From an uncultured bacterium (lineage in GTDB: Bacteria; Verrucomicrobiota; Verrucomicrobiia; Verrucomicrobiales; DEV007): a stretch of 64,000 nucleotides of DNA. Below, one piece after another: positions 29,594-38,736 of the stretch. Location: assembly GCA_963977015.1 (NCBI GenBank), contig CAXBMO010000016.1:87045-151044 (forward strand), read 5' to 3'. Both the position numbers and the translations under genes were made by a program. The notes under the pieces are model-generated. The model saw nothing but the letters and a program-made list of their open reading frames with translations. It was not told the DNA's origin and did no database searches. How positions within the stretch are numbered: the stretch's first letter is position 1; each line of letters starts with the position of its first letter.

Positions 29594-30922
29594 ATGACCA
29601 AATCGTGGCATCTTGATCGTCGCACGCTGCTTCACGGGGCGGGCGCTTCCCTTGCGCTTCCTTTTCTGGAATGCATGGGCGCAGCGACTCCGGCGTCCGA
29701 GCTTCCGAAACGATTTTGCGCAATGTATTTCCCCTATGGCGCGAGCACGCCGCCGGACAATCATGAAGACCGAAAGTGGGGATTTTTGCCGACGGGCGAA
29801 GGGCGCGATTTCCAGTTTACGGAGAGCCTGAAATCGCTCGAGCCATTGCGTGACCAGGTTTCCTTCCTCCAGGGCCTGTCTCACCCCAACGGGCGAAGCA
29901 TGGGAGGTCACGATACTGCCGACATTTTTTTGACCGGCGCCAAGCTCAAAGGCGGTGAGCTGAAAAATTCCATTTCACTCGACCAGGTGCTGGCCCAGCC
30001 GATTGACGGGCAAACGCGCTTTACCTCGCTCGCGCTTTCGACCGATGGAGGCGTGGGCGAGCCGAGCCGTTCGAGCACGCTCTCGTTCAGTCAAACCGGT
30101 CAGCCCATTCCGGCCCTGAACTCTCCCCGGGTGCTGTTCGATCAACTCTTTGGGGCAAACAGCGCCTCACTCTCAGCCCAACGCCGCGAACTGGTCAATT
30201 CCGGGAGCATGCTGGATCTGGTTCTGGAACACGCGAAGTCGGTTCGCGGAAATCTCGGCCGTCTGGACCAACAGAAGTTTGACGAGTACCTCGATTCGGT
30301 TCGCCAGATCGAGCAGCGCGTCGAGCGCTCGCAGGAGTGGCTCACGGTTCCCAAACCCCAGGTCAACGCCACGGGCCTGCATCTCGAAGCGGACGACAAC
30401 ACGCCCGCCGATTTGATCCGCACGATGTATGATCTGCTCTTTCTCGCGTTTCAAACCGATTCCACCCGAGTGGCGACGTATCAGCTCGGCAACATGAATG
30501 GCGCGACCTCGATTGCCGGGAAGTTTCCCCAGCTGCTCGGCCTCGGGAAGACCATGCACAGCACCGCTCATGGCGCCGGCAAACCCGGCGGATTCAAGGC
30601 ACAGGGAAAGTGGGATCAATTCCTCGCGTCCCAACTGGCCTACTTCCTGAACCGGCTGGCCTCCACGCCGGAAGGATCGGGAAGTCTGCTGGACCGCACG
30701 GTCGTGTTTTACGGGTCGAGCAACAGTCGCACCCACAACAACTCGAACTACCCGCTGGTTCTGGCCGGAGGCAAAGACCTCGGGTTCCGTGGCGGGGCGC
30801 TGCACAAGTTCGACGCCAAAACGCCGCTCTCGAATCTCTTCGCCACGATTCTCCATCAACTGGGCAATCCGGCGGAAACGTTTGCCGACAGCCGCGGGGA
30901 GATGACCGAGGTTGTGGGTTAG
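29594..30922 (+). CDS. DUF1552 domain protein
   Basis: LDRRTLLHGAGASLALPFLE, YFPYG, NSISLDQ, LDRTVVFYGS, YPLVLAGG. Confidence 0.9.
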   Translation: MTKSWHLDRRTLLHGAGASLALPFLECMGAATPASELPKRFCAMYFPYGASTPPDNHEDRKWGFLPTGEGRDFQFTESLKSLEPLRDQVSFLQGLSHPNGRSMGGHDTADIFLTGAKLKGGELKNSISLDQVLAQPIDGQTRFTSLALSTDGGVGEPSRSSTLSFSQTGQPIPALNSPRVLFDQLFGANSASLSAQRRELVNSGSMLDLVLEHAKSVRGNLGRLDQQKFDEYLDSVRQIEQRVERSQEWLTVPKPQVNATGLHLEADDNTPADLIRTMYDLLFLAFQTDSTRVATYQLGNMNGATSIAGKFPQLLGLGKTMHSTAHGAGKPGGFKAQGKWDQFLASQLAYFLNRLASTPEGSGSLLDRTVVFYGSSNSRTHNNSNYPLVLAGGKDLGFRGGALHKFDAKTPLSNLFATILHQLGNPAETFADSRGEMTEVVG

Positions 30923-30951
30923 TTAGCGCCGGTTCAACGAGACCCAACCAA

Positions 30952-32793
30952 CTAAAGTTCCTCGAGAAACTTGTCGACGTTCAACGTCCCGAAGCCGCAG
31001 CAGGGATCGTGAGATCCGTCGTAGCCGCTGCTGGAATGGATCAGGGCGTGGCGGATCTGGGTCGCGTTGGGCAAGGGCTGGCCGGCTTCCATCTTTTTCG
31101 CCATGAGCAGCGCGATGGCGCCGCTCACTTGAGGCGCGGCAAAACTGGTGCCCGTAACGGTCATCAATCCTGTTTTGGTATGCGCTTTGGCTCCCCGGAT
31201 ATTGGATCCCGGCGCACAGATTTCCGGTTTTGGTTTTCCGTCCCGAGTGGGGCCCTGGGATGAGTAGGGAGCGGCGACTTTCGGACGATCAGCCCGAATC
31301 ACGGCCCCCACGGTGATGAGGTGGTCCGCGGTTCCGGGAATGGTCAGCGCCATGTCGTTGGTGGACCGGACAAAGCGCATCGGCGTGAGAACCGGCGAGT
31401 CCCGCAAATCGAGCCAGGCATCGACGCGCGCGGTTTCGCGGTTGAAACTGAGCAAGCGGCGCAGGCGGATCGTCCACGTCCCGGTTTCATAGCCGGTCAT
31501 TCCTTCGCCGGGATGAATGCGAAGCGAAACCCGAGTCGCACCGTTGTCACTATCATAGCGATTCGACGTCAGCAGAACCTGGTTCTTCTTCGCGGTGGTC
31601 TGTCCTTCCGCCTTGGGTTCAACGCCGGGTTTCACCGTCAAGGTGGCGACCTCGCGTTTGTCCGGGGAAATGGCGGTGACTTCCATGGGGAAACAGCTTT
31701 CGAACCAAAGCTCGACGCAGAGTGATGGCGGAATCCCATCCTTCAGAATCTGAAAATCGATCGTCTTTTTCCCGTTGAACGGAACTTCGGTCGATGTGTG
31801 TCCCTGGCGATTGCCGACGTTGCCCGCCGATTTGACGACACAAACTCCGGAATCCCGGCCATCGCCGGAAAAGACGCCAAACTGGGACTCCAACAGGGTG
31901 GAACCATCGTGACCACCGACATGATCCCCCCGGCTCAGGTTCACGACCATGGCCTGGCGGCCAAACTTCGGCGCAAGCTGCTTCAGCCACTTGAGAATCA
32001 TCACCAGGCTGAGGGAGTAGCCCAGATTCTTGCTTTTTTGCTCCTCGTATTCCTGATCCGCGCTGCAAATGAAAATGATGTCGGCTTCGGGCGCGACGCC
32101 GCCGGGATAGGATTCCCCACCCTCTTCATAGCCGGAACCCGCCGCGATACTGGCGACCATAGTTCCGTGGTTCGGGTTCCACTGAAAGGGGAGATCCTTG
32201 CGCCCCTCATCGATCAACTTCTGGATGTCGTCCTGAAAGTAAAGACCGTCGATACTGCGGTCGCCTTCGACCTGAAACGACGAAGCGAACTTGCCCATCC
32301 GGTTGCCGACCTGATCGTAGATCGCGAAAATCCGGGTCTTGCCGTTTTCGTCGAGAAACGCACGATGAAAAATATCGATGCCGCTGTCGATGATGATGAT
32401 GGCGGCACCTTTGCCCTTGTGCCCGGCCTTACTGGTCAGAGGATCGACATGGGCCGGCGGCTTAACGCCAAAGCCGAGTTTCGAAAGCAGGGTCGGTTTG
32501 TCAGGAATGACATCGTCTTTGGCGGCCGGCTCGGAGACGTTGAGCTTGGCGACGCAGTGAAGGCCGCGCAATCCCGGAAGTTCGGTGCGATCCACGAGGG
32601 CGGTGACGATGCGTTCGGGAAGGTCCGGGTCGTTGGACGAGTCTTCCACCTGGGCGTCTGCCGGGGCGGAGAGCGCCGCGATGAAGTCCTGGGTGGTGGT
32701 CCCGTCCCGCAATTCGACCATGACGCGCACCCGCGTGTCGGCCTCGGGTGGTGCGGTGGAAGAGGCGGCGGCGGTCGAACTGGTTTCAGACAT
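30952..32793 (-). CDS. S8 family subtilisin-like serine peptidase with inserted beta domain
   Basis: Triad motifs IIDSG, HGTMVASIAAG and GTSFAAPQVSG; oxyanion SAGN; N-terminal prodomain-like region; no signal peptide. Confidence 0.92.
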   Translation of the reverse strand: MSETSSTAAASSTAPPEADTRVRVMVELRDGTTTQDFIAALSAPADAQVEDSSNDPDLPERIVTALVDRTELPGLRGLHCVAKLNVSEPAAKDDVIPDKPTLLSKLGFGVKPPAHVDPLTSKAGHKGKGAAIIIIDSGIDIFHRAFLDENGKTRIFAIYDQVGNRMGKFASSFQVEGDRSIDGLYFQDDIQKLIDEGRKDLPFQWNPNHGTMVASIAAGSGYEEGGESYPGGVAPEADIIFICSADQEYEEQKSKNLGYSLSLVMILKWLKQLAPKFGRQAMVVNLSRGDHVGGHDGSTLLESQFGVFSGDGRDSGVCVVKSAGNVGNRQGHTSTEVPFNGKKTIDFQILKDGIPPSLCVELWFESCFPMEVTAISPDKREVATLTVKPGVEPKAEGQTTAKKNQVLLTSNRYDSDNGATRVSLRIHPGEGMTGYETGTWTIRLRRLLSFNRETARVDAWLDLRDSPVLTPMRFVRSTNDMALTIPGTADHLITVGAVIRADRPKVAAPYSSQGPTRDGKPKPEICAPGSNIRGAKAHTKTGLMTVTGTSFAAPQVSGAIALLMAKKMEAGQPLPNATQIRHALIHSSSGYDGSHDPCCGFGTLNVDKFLEEL

Positions 32794-32894
32794 GGGAAAA
32801 TCGGCTGGGCGTGAACGTGAAAGGGTTCCTCAACAGTCGGCCCCGAGACACCCGAAGCCACATTTGGCTCACCATCGACGGCGGTGTATTCGCG

Positions 32895-33806
32895 TCAAGC
32901 GTTGGCTGAATCCCGCCCCTTGCCAAACCACGCAAAAAGACCCTTTCGCTTCTTCTTGGGTCGACCGTTGTCCGGGCCCGTTGGCTTGGGAGGTTGGTCG
33001 GGCACGTCGGGGAAGATGATCGACGCCTTTTCCTGCCACGCAATGATCTGGCCGGCGACATCCTGGGCCAGCAACGGTCCCGAATTGACTTTCTCCCCCT
33101 CGGCGGCGTCCTTGGCAAATCCGTCGGAATGAATTCCCACAACCTGCGGGTCATCACCGGGATATTGCACCACGAAGATCGGCGATCCACTTTGGCCTTT
33201 GGAGCTGTCGGTCTTGTAAAACACGCGTCCGTCGGCAACCCGGGTCACCACATCAGCATGGCGATACTGTTTCTGGCCCAGCCCAAGTTTGAAATCGCCG
33301 GGATAACCGCCGACGTTGACCTTCTGGCCGATCAACTCATTCGGATCGGCAACTTTCATCTGGCGAAACCGTCCCAATCTCTTGGGCCACGGTTTGGGGA
33401 CGAAAATCGCCCCGTAATCGTGACGATCATCTTTCTCGACACCGAGTTCCTCCCAGGCCGCTTTGAATTCGGTGCTTTCCTGGCATCCGAACGGAAAATC
33501 ACCTTCGTGGCGCCCCGGAATCACCCGAATTTTCGTGAGGCGTTCGGTCGTCCGCTTTGGATGAAACAGGCAGTGGCCCGCGGTGACGACCAGTCGAGGA
33601 GCCGCAATCCAACCCGTTCCCATCGGAGCCCAGATTGAGGCTTCGTCGTCATAATATTCCAGGGAACAAATCCGGGCCCAGGGAATCTCCGAGCAATTCC
33701 CGACCGGCTTCCGTTCGTCCATATCCGCCACGCTTTCGAAAGAAGCGTCAAACTTCCCGAGAGCGAGGCTGCTATCGACCGGTAATGGTTCGTCGTCGTT
33801 GGACAT
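32895..33806 (-). CDS. Trypsin-like (V8/glutamyl endopeptidase-like) serine protease
   Basis: TAGHC, DYGAI, GYPGD, GQSGSP, GIH; no signal peptide. Confidence 0.9.
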   Translation of the reverse strand: MSNDDEPLPVDSSLALGKFDASFESVADMDERKPVGNCSEIPWARICSLEYYDDEASIWAPMGTGWIAAPRLVVTAGHCLFHPKRTTERLTKIRVIPGRHEGDFPFGCQESTEFKAAWEELGVEKDDRHDYGAIFVPKPWPKRLGRFRQMKVADPNELIGQKVNVGGYPGDFKLGLGQKQYRHADVVTRVADGRVFYKTDSSKGQSGSPIFVVQYPGDDPQVVGIHSDGFAKDAAEGEKVNSGPLLAQDVAGQIIAWQEKASIIFPDVPDQPPKPTGPDNGRPKKKRKGLFAWFGKGRDSANA

Positions 33807-33858
33807 CTGGCTCCTGGATTGAATGGAGTTGGGAAGCGATGATCGATCGATCGGCAAC

Positions 33859-34401
33859 TTAGCCGCGAATTTCGTCCCACGTTTCCCAGCGCATTTCTTC
33901 CAACTGCGAAACGAGCAAACTGACGCTTTCGGCCCGTTTCGCATCCGCAAAACTCTTCGCCTTGGAAGCAACCTGCATCACCATGCCGAGCGCAATCGCG
34001 GACTCATCGGTTTCGCCACCGGCGGTCGTGACCGCTTCCTCAAAGCTGTTTTTGGCCCGCACGATGCTGCTGATGGAATCGGGCGACAGATCGACCTGAC
34101 CGATGCTTTTGAGCGCGAGGCGCTCGGCTTCGGCGGTCTTCTGGTCGATCCATTTGTCGACCATGCGCTTGGTAATCGTGTATTTGGCCTTGGCGCTATC
34201 GTCCGCCGCCAACTCGACCAGAACTTTGCATTCCTCCTCGAGATACGCGAGATTCTTCATCCCCTCGGCGTTCTTCGGCACCACACTCGTCAGGCCAAGT
34301 CCGGTTGCGGCTCCGTCACCACCGCCGTCCAGATTGTTGGAGGTGCAGCTTGTAAAAATGGCCAAGGAAAGGCAGGCGGATAGAAAAAGTGGAAGTTTCA
34401 T
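33859..34401 (-). CDS. Putative helical lipoprotein
   Basis: MKLPLFLSACLSLAIFTSC lipobox-like signal followed by an alpha-helical body. Confidence 0.7.
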   Translation of the reverse strand: MKLPLFLSACLSLAIFTSCTSNNLDGGGDGAATGLGLTSVVPKNAEGMKNLAYLEEECKVLVELAADDSAKAKYTITKRMVDKWIDQKTAEAERLALKSIGQVDLSPDSISSIVRAKNSFEEAVTTAGGETDESAIALGMVMQVASKAKSFADAKRAESVSLLVSQLEEMRWETWDEIRG

Positions 34402-34580
34402 GTTGTGATGGAGTGTAGATTGAAGTGCTGAATGGCAAACTCGTTCAAAGCTGCTTACCTCATTCACGTTGAGGATTCCACAAGCCCTTTCACGTAGCCA
34501 GCTGCCACACTCCCGATTTAGCGGGGAACGCTCTAACTTGGCAAGCAATTTTTCGAAAAGCCGTTAGGATCGATCGGCTG

Positions 34581-36206
34581 CTAGAACGACAGCACGATAT
34601 AGAGCACGAGGACAAACGCCACCAACCCAAGGCCCACTTTGGGAGCGTGCTCCCACGGCGTCAGATCCACGAGCCCGGCGTCCTTCTGCACATACGGCGT
34701 TGAGCGGATCATGGTCCGGCCCAAGACCATCTGCAGGGCAATCTGCCCAATGAAGACGGCTCCCATGAAGTGATACCCGGAGCCGAACACTTTTGCCATG
34801 AGGTCTCCACCGATAAACGTGCCATAAAACATCGCCACCAACCCGACGAGGATCGAAATAAAGGCCGACTGACCATTCGCGGTCTTGTTGAACATGCCCA
34901 CGAGAATCGCGGCAAAGAGCGGGATGAAGTAAACGCCGTTCAGCTTCTGGAAATACCCGAAAATCCCATCCTGCCCCATGAACACCAGCGGAGCCGCGAT
35001 CGCGGAAAACACCGCCACCGCAATACTGCAGCCCCGGCCCGACTTCACAACTTCAGCCGGCGTCGCGTTCGGCTTGATGACCTTCTTGTAAACTCCGAGC
35101 GAAAAGAGCGTCGCGCTCGAGTTCAACACTGAGTTGTAGGTTGAAAGGATGGAACCCACGATCACCGCGGCGAAAAAACCGGTGAGCGGAGCGGGAAGGA
35201 CGAGGCGCACCAGCGATCCATAAACCCGCGATCCGTCGCGTTCGCCGTCCGAATCGAGCAAACCCTGGTTAAACTCCGGGTTCTGCGTCGCGATATACAG
35301 CGCGATGATTCCCGGCAACACCAGGATGAGCGGCGCGAGAATCTTGAAAAACGCGGCCAGCAAAACCCCCTTTTGTCCCTCGGCCAGACTCTTCGCGCCG
35401 AACGTGCGCTGAATGATCTGCTGATTGGTGGTCCAGTAGAAGAAATTCAACAGCAGCACGCCGGAGAACAAGGTCGGCCAGTGCACGTCTTCCCCCGCTT
35501 TTCCGAAGGACTTGAACGCGTCGGGATTGGTTTCCTCGATCGCGGCAAACACCTGGAAAAACGATCCGGTCTCGCCCGCCGCGTACTTGAGCGAGAAAAA
35601 CGTGATCATGAATCCACCAATCAGCAGACCCACTCCGTTGAACGTGTCCGAAACCGCCACGGCGCGGAGACCGCCAAAAATCGCGTAAGCCGATCCCACG
35701 ATCGCGATAAACATCACGATGAGCCAGATCGTCGCTCCGTCGCTCATGCCCAGCTGCGTCGGGAGGTCCAACATGTAGGCCAACGCGCTCGCCCCGCTGA
35801 AAAGCACGAACGGCAGCAAAATCAACATGTAGGCAACGATGAAGATGCCGGTCGTGAGGCCGCGGATCCTGGCATCATAGCGCTCCTCCAAAAACTGGGG
35901 AATCGTCGAAATTCCAGACTTCAAATAACGCGGCAGGAAAAACAGCGCCAGAACCACGAGCGAACAGCCCGCCACCACCTCCCACGCCATGACGGAAAGC
36001 CCCTCATTAAAAGCGCCGCCATTGAGACCGACCAATTGCTCCGTCGAAAGATTCGTCAGAAGGAGCGAACCCGCGATCACCCAAAACGAAAGACTGCGTC
36101 CCGCGAGGAAAAAGCCATCCTCGGTATTCGTCCCTTTTCCACGAGTGATTCGCCAGGTTAAAAATGCGACCAGGACGGTAAAAAACAGAAAGGTGAGCAA
36201 TGTCAT
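34581..36206 (-). CDS. Solute:sodium symporter (SSS, YidK-like sugar transporter)
   Basis: FFLAGRSL, SLLLTNLSTEQLVGLNG, FYWTTNQQIIQR; many transmembrane helices. Confidence 0.92.
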   Translation of the reverse strand: MTLLTFLFFTVLVAFLTWRITRGKGTNTEDGFFLAGRSLSFWVIAGSLLLTNLSTEQLVGLNGGAFNEGLSVMAWEVVAGCSLVVLALFFLPRYLKSGISTIPQFLEERYDARIRGLTTGIFIVAYMLILLPFVLFSGASALAYMLDLPTQLGMSDGATIWLIVMFIAIVGSAYAIFGGLRAVAVSDTFNGVGLLIGGFMITFFSLKYAAGETGSFFQVFAAIEETNPDAFKSFGKAGEDVHWPTLFSGVLLLNFFYWTTNQQIIQRTFGAKSLAEGQKGVLLAAFFKILAPLILVLPGIIALYIATQNPEFNQGLLDSDGERDGSRVYGSLVRLVLPAPLTGFFAAVIVGSILSTYNSVLNSSATLFSLGVYKKVIKPNATPAEVVKSGRGCSIAVAVFSAIAAPLVFMGQDGIFGYFQKLNGVYFIPLFAAILVGMFNKTANGQSAFISILVGLVAMFYGTFIGGDLMAKVFGSGYHFMGAVFIGQIALQMVLGRTMIRSTPYVQKDAGLVDLTPWEHAPKVGLGLVAFVLVLYIVLSF

Positions 36207-36428
36207 GGGGTTTGAATAAGGGTCAATTGAGTGGGCCGTTGGCTTCCGCCATAGAGGAAATGAAAGTTCGATCAATCGGCCAACCCTTTTTTCAAAGCCT
36301 TTTTCTCAATTTGGGCGAATTTTGCCGCCTCAAGCTCCGCTTTGGGGCCGGAGCGGTGGTGATTTGGGCAAACGTTCGCGACCTGATCGCTTTACCCCCT
36401 TCCAAATTGCGCTATCTCGGAAGAACCG

Positions 36429-36926
36429 ATGCCCAAACCCATTCGACCCTGGTACTGGCCTGAAAACGGCCAACCCGAACGAACCGAACCATTCACCTGG
36501 ATCGTGGAAGACGTCATCGCCGCCTCCTGGTGGCCCGATCCCTACGTCTTCGACATCTACGAGGAAAACAACATCCGGGCCGTGGTGAACTGTTGCGAGT
36601 TCGACAATCGCCGGGATGTGCCGGATCAGTTCGCCTATCATCACATCAACGTGCCCGACTACGGGGTGCCCACCGATGCCCAGATCGAGAAATTTCTCGA
36701 TCTCATGGATCAACATCACCAGGCCAATGAAGCGGTCGCTATCCACTGCGTTGCGGGCTGTGGCCGGACGGGACAGTTCATCATCGCCTGGTGTGCCAAA
36801 GCCGGATTCATTCCCAAAGGCACCAATCCCGTCGCATGGATCCGGGCACGCCGGAAGTGCTGCCTGGAAACCGAGGAGCAGATCAAGTGCGCCAAACGGT
36901 TCACCCAAAAGCATCAGGGCACTTAG
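36429..36926 (+). CDS. Dual-specificity/protein-tyrosine phosphatase
   Basis: HCVAGCGRTG (CX5R), VPDYGVP acid loop, ETEEQ. Confidence 0.9.
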   Translation: MPKPIRPWYWPENGQPERTEPFTWIVEDVIAASWWPDPYVFDIYEENNIRAVVNCCEFDNRRDVPDQFAYHHINVPDYGVPTDAQIEKFLDLMDQHHQANEAVAIHCVAGCGRTGQFIIAWCAKAGFIPKGTNPVAWIRARRKCCLETEEQIKCAKRFTQKHQGT

Positions 36927-36997
36927 AGCTTCAACGAAGTGACCATGCTCGTTGCGAGCCTTTTGAATTTGTCGGTTGAGCCCGGCCCGTGAGGTTC

Positions 36998-37288
36998 CTA
37001 TCCGGATTTGAACTCGCTAATGGCTTTTTGAACCGCTCCCTTCATTTCACTCCAGGATTTCTTGCATCCATCGGCCAAGTCCTCCCAGGCATCTGACGTG
37101 CTATTTTGGAGCTTGTGGATATCACCTTTGACCTTGTCTCGTTGCTCTTCCAAACTCGCGATTCGTTCCTCCAGCGCATCCTTCGCCTCAGCCTTGGCCA
37201 AATGCGTTTTCAGCTTCAATTCGTCAATGGTTCCCGATGCCTCATCGATCCTTTCATGCAATTCAGCTACGATTTTTTCCTTAGTCAT
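36998..37288 (-). CDS. Small coiled-coil protein
   Basis: IDELKLK..AKAEAK...DAWEDL heptad pattern. Confidence 0.7.
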   Translation of the reverse strand: MTKEKIVAELHERIDEASGTIDELKLKTHLAKAEAKDALEERIASLEEQRDKVKGDIHKLQNSTSDAWEDLADGCKKSWSEMKGAVQKAISEFKSG

Positions 37289-37396
37289 CCCCTAACATGC
37301 ATCGTCCCAATCCATCTTGCTGCTCCTATCCTGCCAAATGCAGATCCGCATTTGCTTCGTGGATGTGATTTGGCTGCACAGGAAATTACGCTTCGT

Positions 37397-38008
37397 CTAG
37401 TGTGGATATCTGATCTCCTTCAAATCGTCCAAGATTTGTGGCATTGACGCATCAGGATTGATCTCAGAAGCCAAAGAAGGAGTGAGTGGCTCGTGTTCAA
37501 AGATCCTGTCGATGACAGAAACATCAAGATCCCTCTCAAAATATTCGCAGGCGAATTCTTGGTAACCACTCGCACCGGAAGACAAAATGCTCAGCAATGC
37601 GTTGGCCCCAGTCTCCAATTCCTCCTGCTCACTCGGTTCTATCCAAACTTCCTCAGATTTCAGCCACCAGAAACAGAATGACGTCGAATCCCAACGAAAA
37701 GCAGGCTCCTCAGCGAATCCCGCAAGCTGAACGGGAACTCCAGCCTGCAGTCTCTCACTTAGTCCCTTATCTAGTGCTGCCGGAGCCTCGTGAGCGAGTC
37801 CCTTCAGTCCCGCATTTCCATCACTGTCAAAAAGGAGAAACCATTCATCCCCGCATCCGTTTCGCATACTCGCCATTTGCTCCGTGTCCGACCAACGCGA
37901 ATTGTAGCTATAGTAGCGGTATTGCCATTCCGGCTCATTAATGAGATCCAGAGTCGCTAGCGATTGAGCGATCCTTTTCAGCTTTGGAAGGTTGGGAATC
38001 TCGATCAT
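37397..38008 (-). CDS. Conserved hypothetical protein
   Basis: LATLD..EPEWQYRYYSYNSRW...ASMRNGCGDEW; lower GC than the flanking genes. Confidence 0.7.
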   Translation of the reverse strand: MIEIPNLPKLKRIAQSLATLDLINEPEWQYRYYSYNSRWSDTEQMASMRNGCGDEWFLLFDSDGNAGLKGLAHEAPAALDKGLSERLQAGVPVQLAGFAEEPAFRWDSTSFCFWWLKSEEVWIEPSEQEELETGANALLSILSSGASGYQEFACEYFERDLDVSVIDRIFEHEPLTPSLASEINPDASMPQILDDLKEIRYPH

Positions 38009-38016
38009 CTCGTTCT

Positions 38017-38137
38017 AAGCAACGTCAAAGGCACCCCATCCCCGATCAAGGTTGCGGATGAATTGAAGTGAACGTGTTCGAAATACGTTCATGCGCCAAC
38101 TCCACAGCAGGTCGGGGTTTGATCATCGCTGACTTGG
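38017..38137 (-). other. attC-like imperfect hairpin
   Basis: Arms AACGTCAAAGGCACCCCATCCCCGATC and GGTCGGGGTTTGATCATCGCTGACTTGG with inner TGAACGT/ACGTTCA. Overlaps the stop of the upstream ORF; minus-strand GTT lies 12 nt before the next ATG. Confidence 0.5.
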
Positions 38138-38464
38138 TATCTCTGTATCAATGCTCCTCCACTGGCGAATCATGTCATATTCTGCATCCGCATGAATTCG
38201 TTCCAGTCGCTTCTGCGAAACGTTCTTCGATTGAACCTCAATGTGAGCCGATTCGGGTTCATATTCGTACACTCGAACCTGAACCTCCACATTCCCATTC
38301 GAATAGAGCGTGTAATGCTTCGCTGAAACTTGATCGTCCTGCGCATCGGCAAAGATACTTTCGATTTGCTTGCTTGATAAATTTACATCCAAGACACAAC
38401 GGAGCCCGAATAGAGTGCGTCGCAACCGCTCATCGATTGTCGCCAAGATGGATGCTCTCTTCAT
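38123..38464 (-). CDS. Hypothetical protein
   Basis: 113-aa ORF in a low-GC segment; no recognised motif. Confidence 0.5.
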   Translation of the reverse strand: MKRASILATIDERLRRTLFGLRCVLDVNLSSKQIESIFADAQDDQVSAKHYTLYSNGNVEVQVRVYEYEPESAHIEVQSKNVSQKRLERIHADAEYDMIRQWRSIDTEIPSQR

Positions 38465-38736
38465 TTCTTTAGATACCTTTATGTGGGTGACAGATGTTTC
38501 AAATCAACCCAACAACTTTGACACGGAAATGGGTGGTGCGTTGAGGGGACGAAATCTTGAGGAACCTACTCTCCATACTGCAAAGAGAATTCGATGCCGG
38601 CGGAAAGGTCAAGGGGCTATTTGGAACTGGATTCGAGCGGAGGTCGTCATTCTTTAACCCGTTTTCGATGTCGGGCAAGGGACGTTGAAGAGCAATGGTT
38701 CCCTCCTGTACTACCTCCCAAACCCAGCCATCAAAC

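Noticed and set aside
32940-32965. PKKKRK in the V8-like protease resembles the SV40 nuclear localisation signal
   Set aside because: No secretion signal or evidence of host delivery; better explained as a basic membrane-binding tail or chance.
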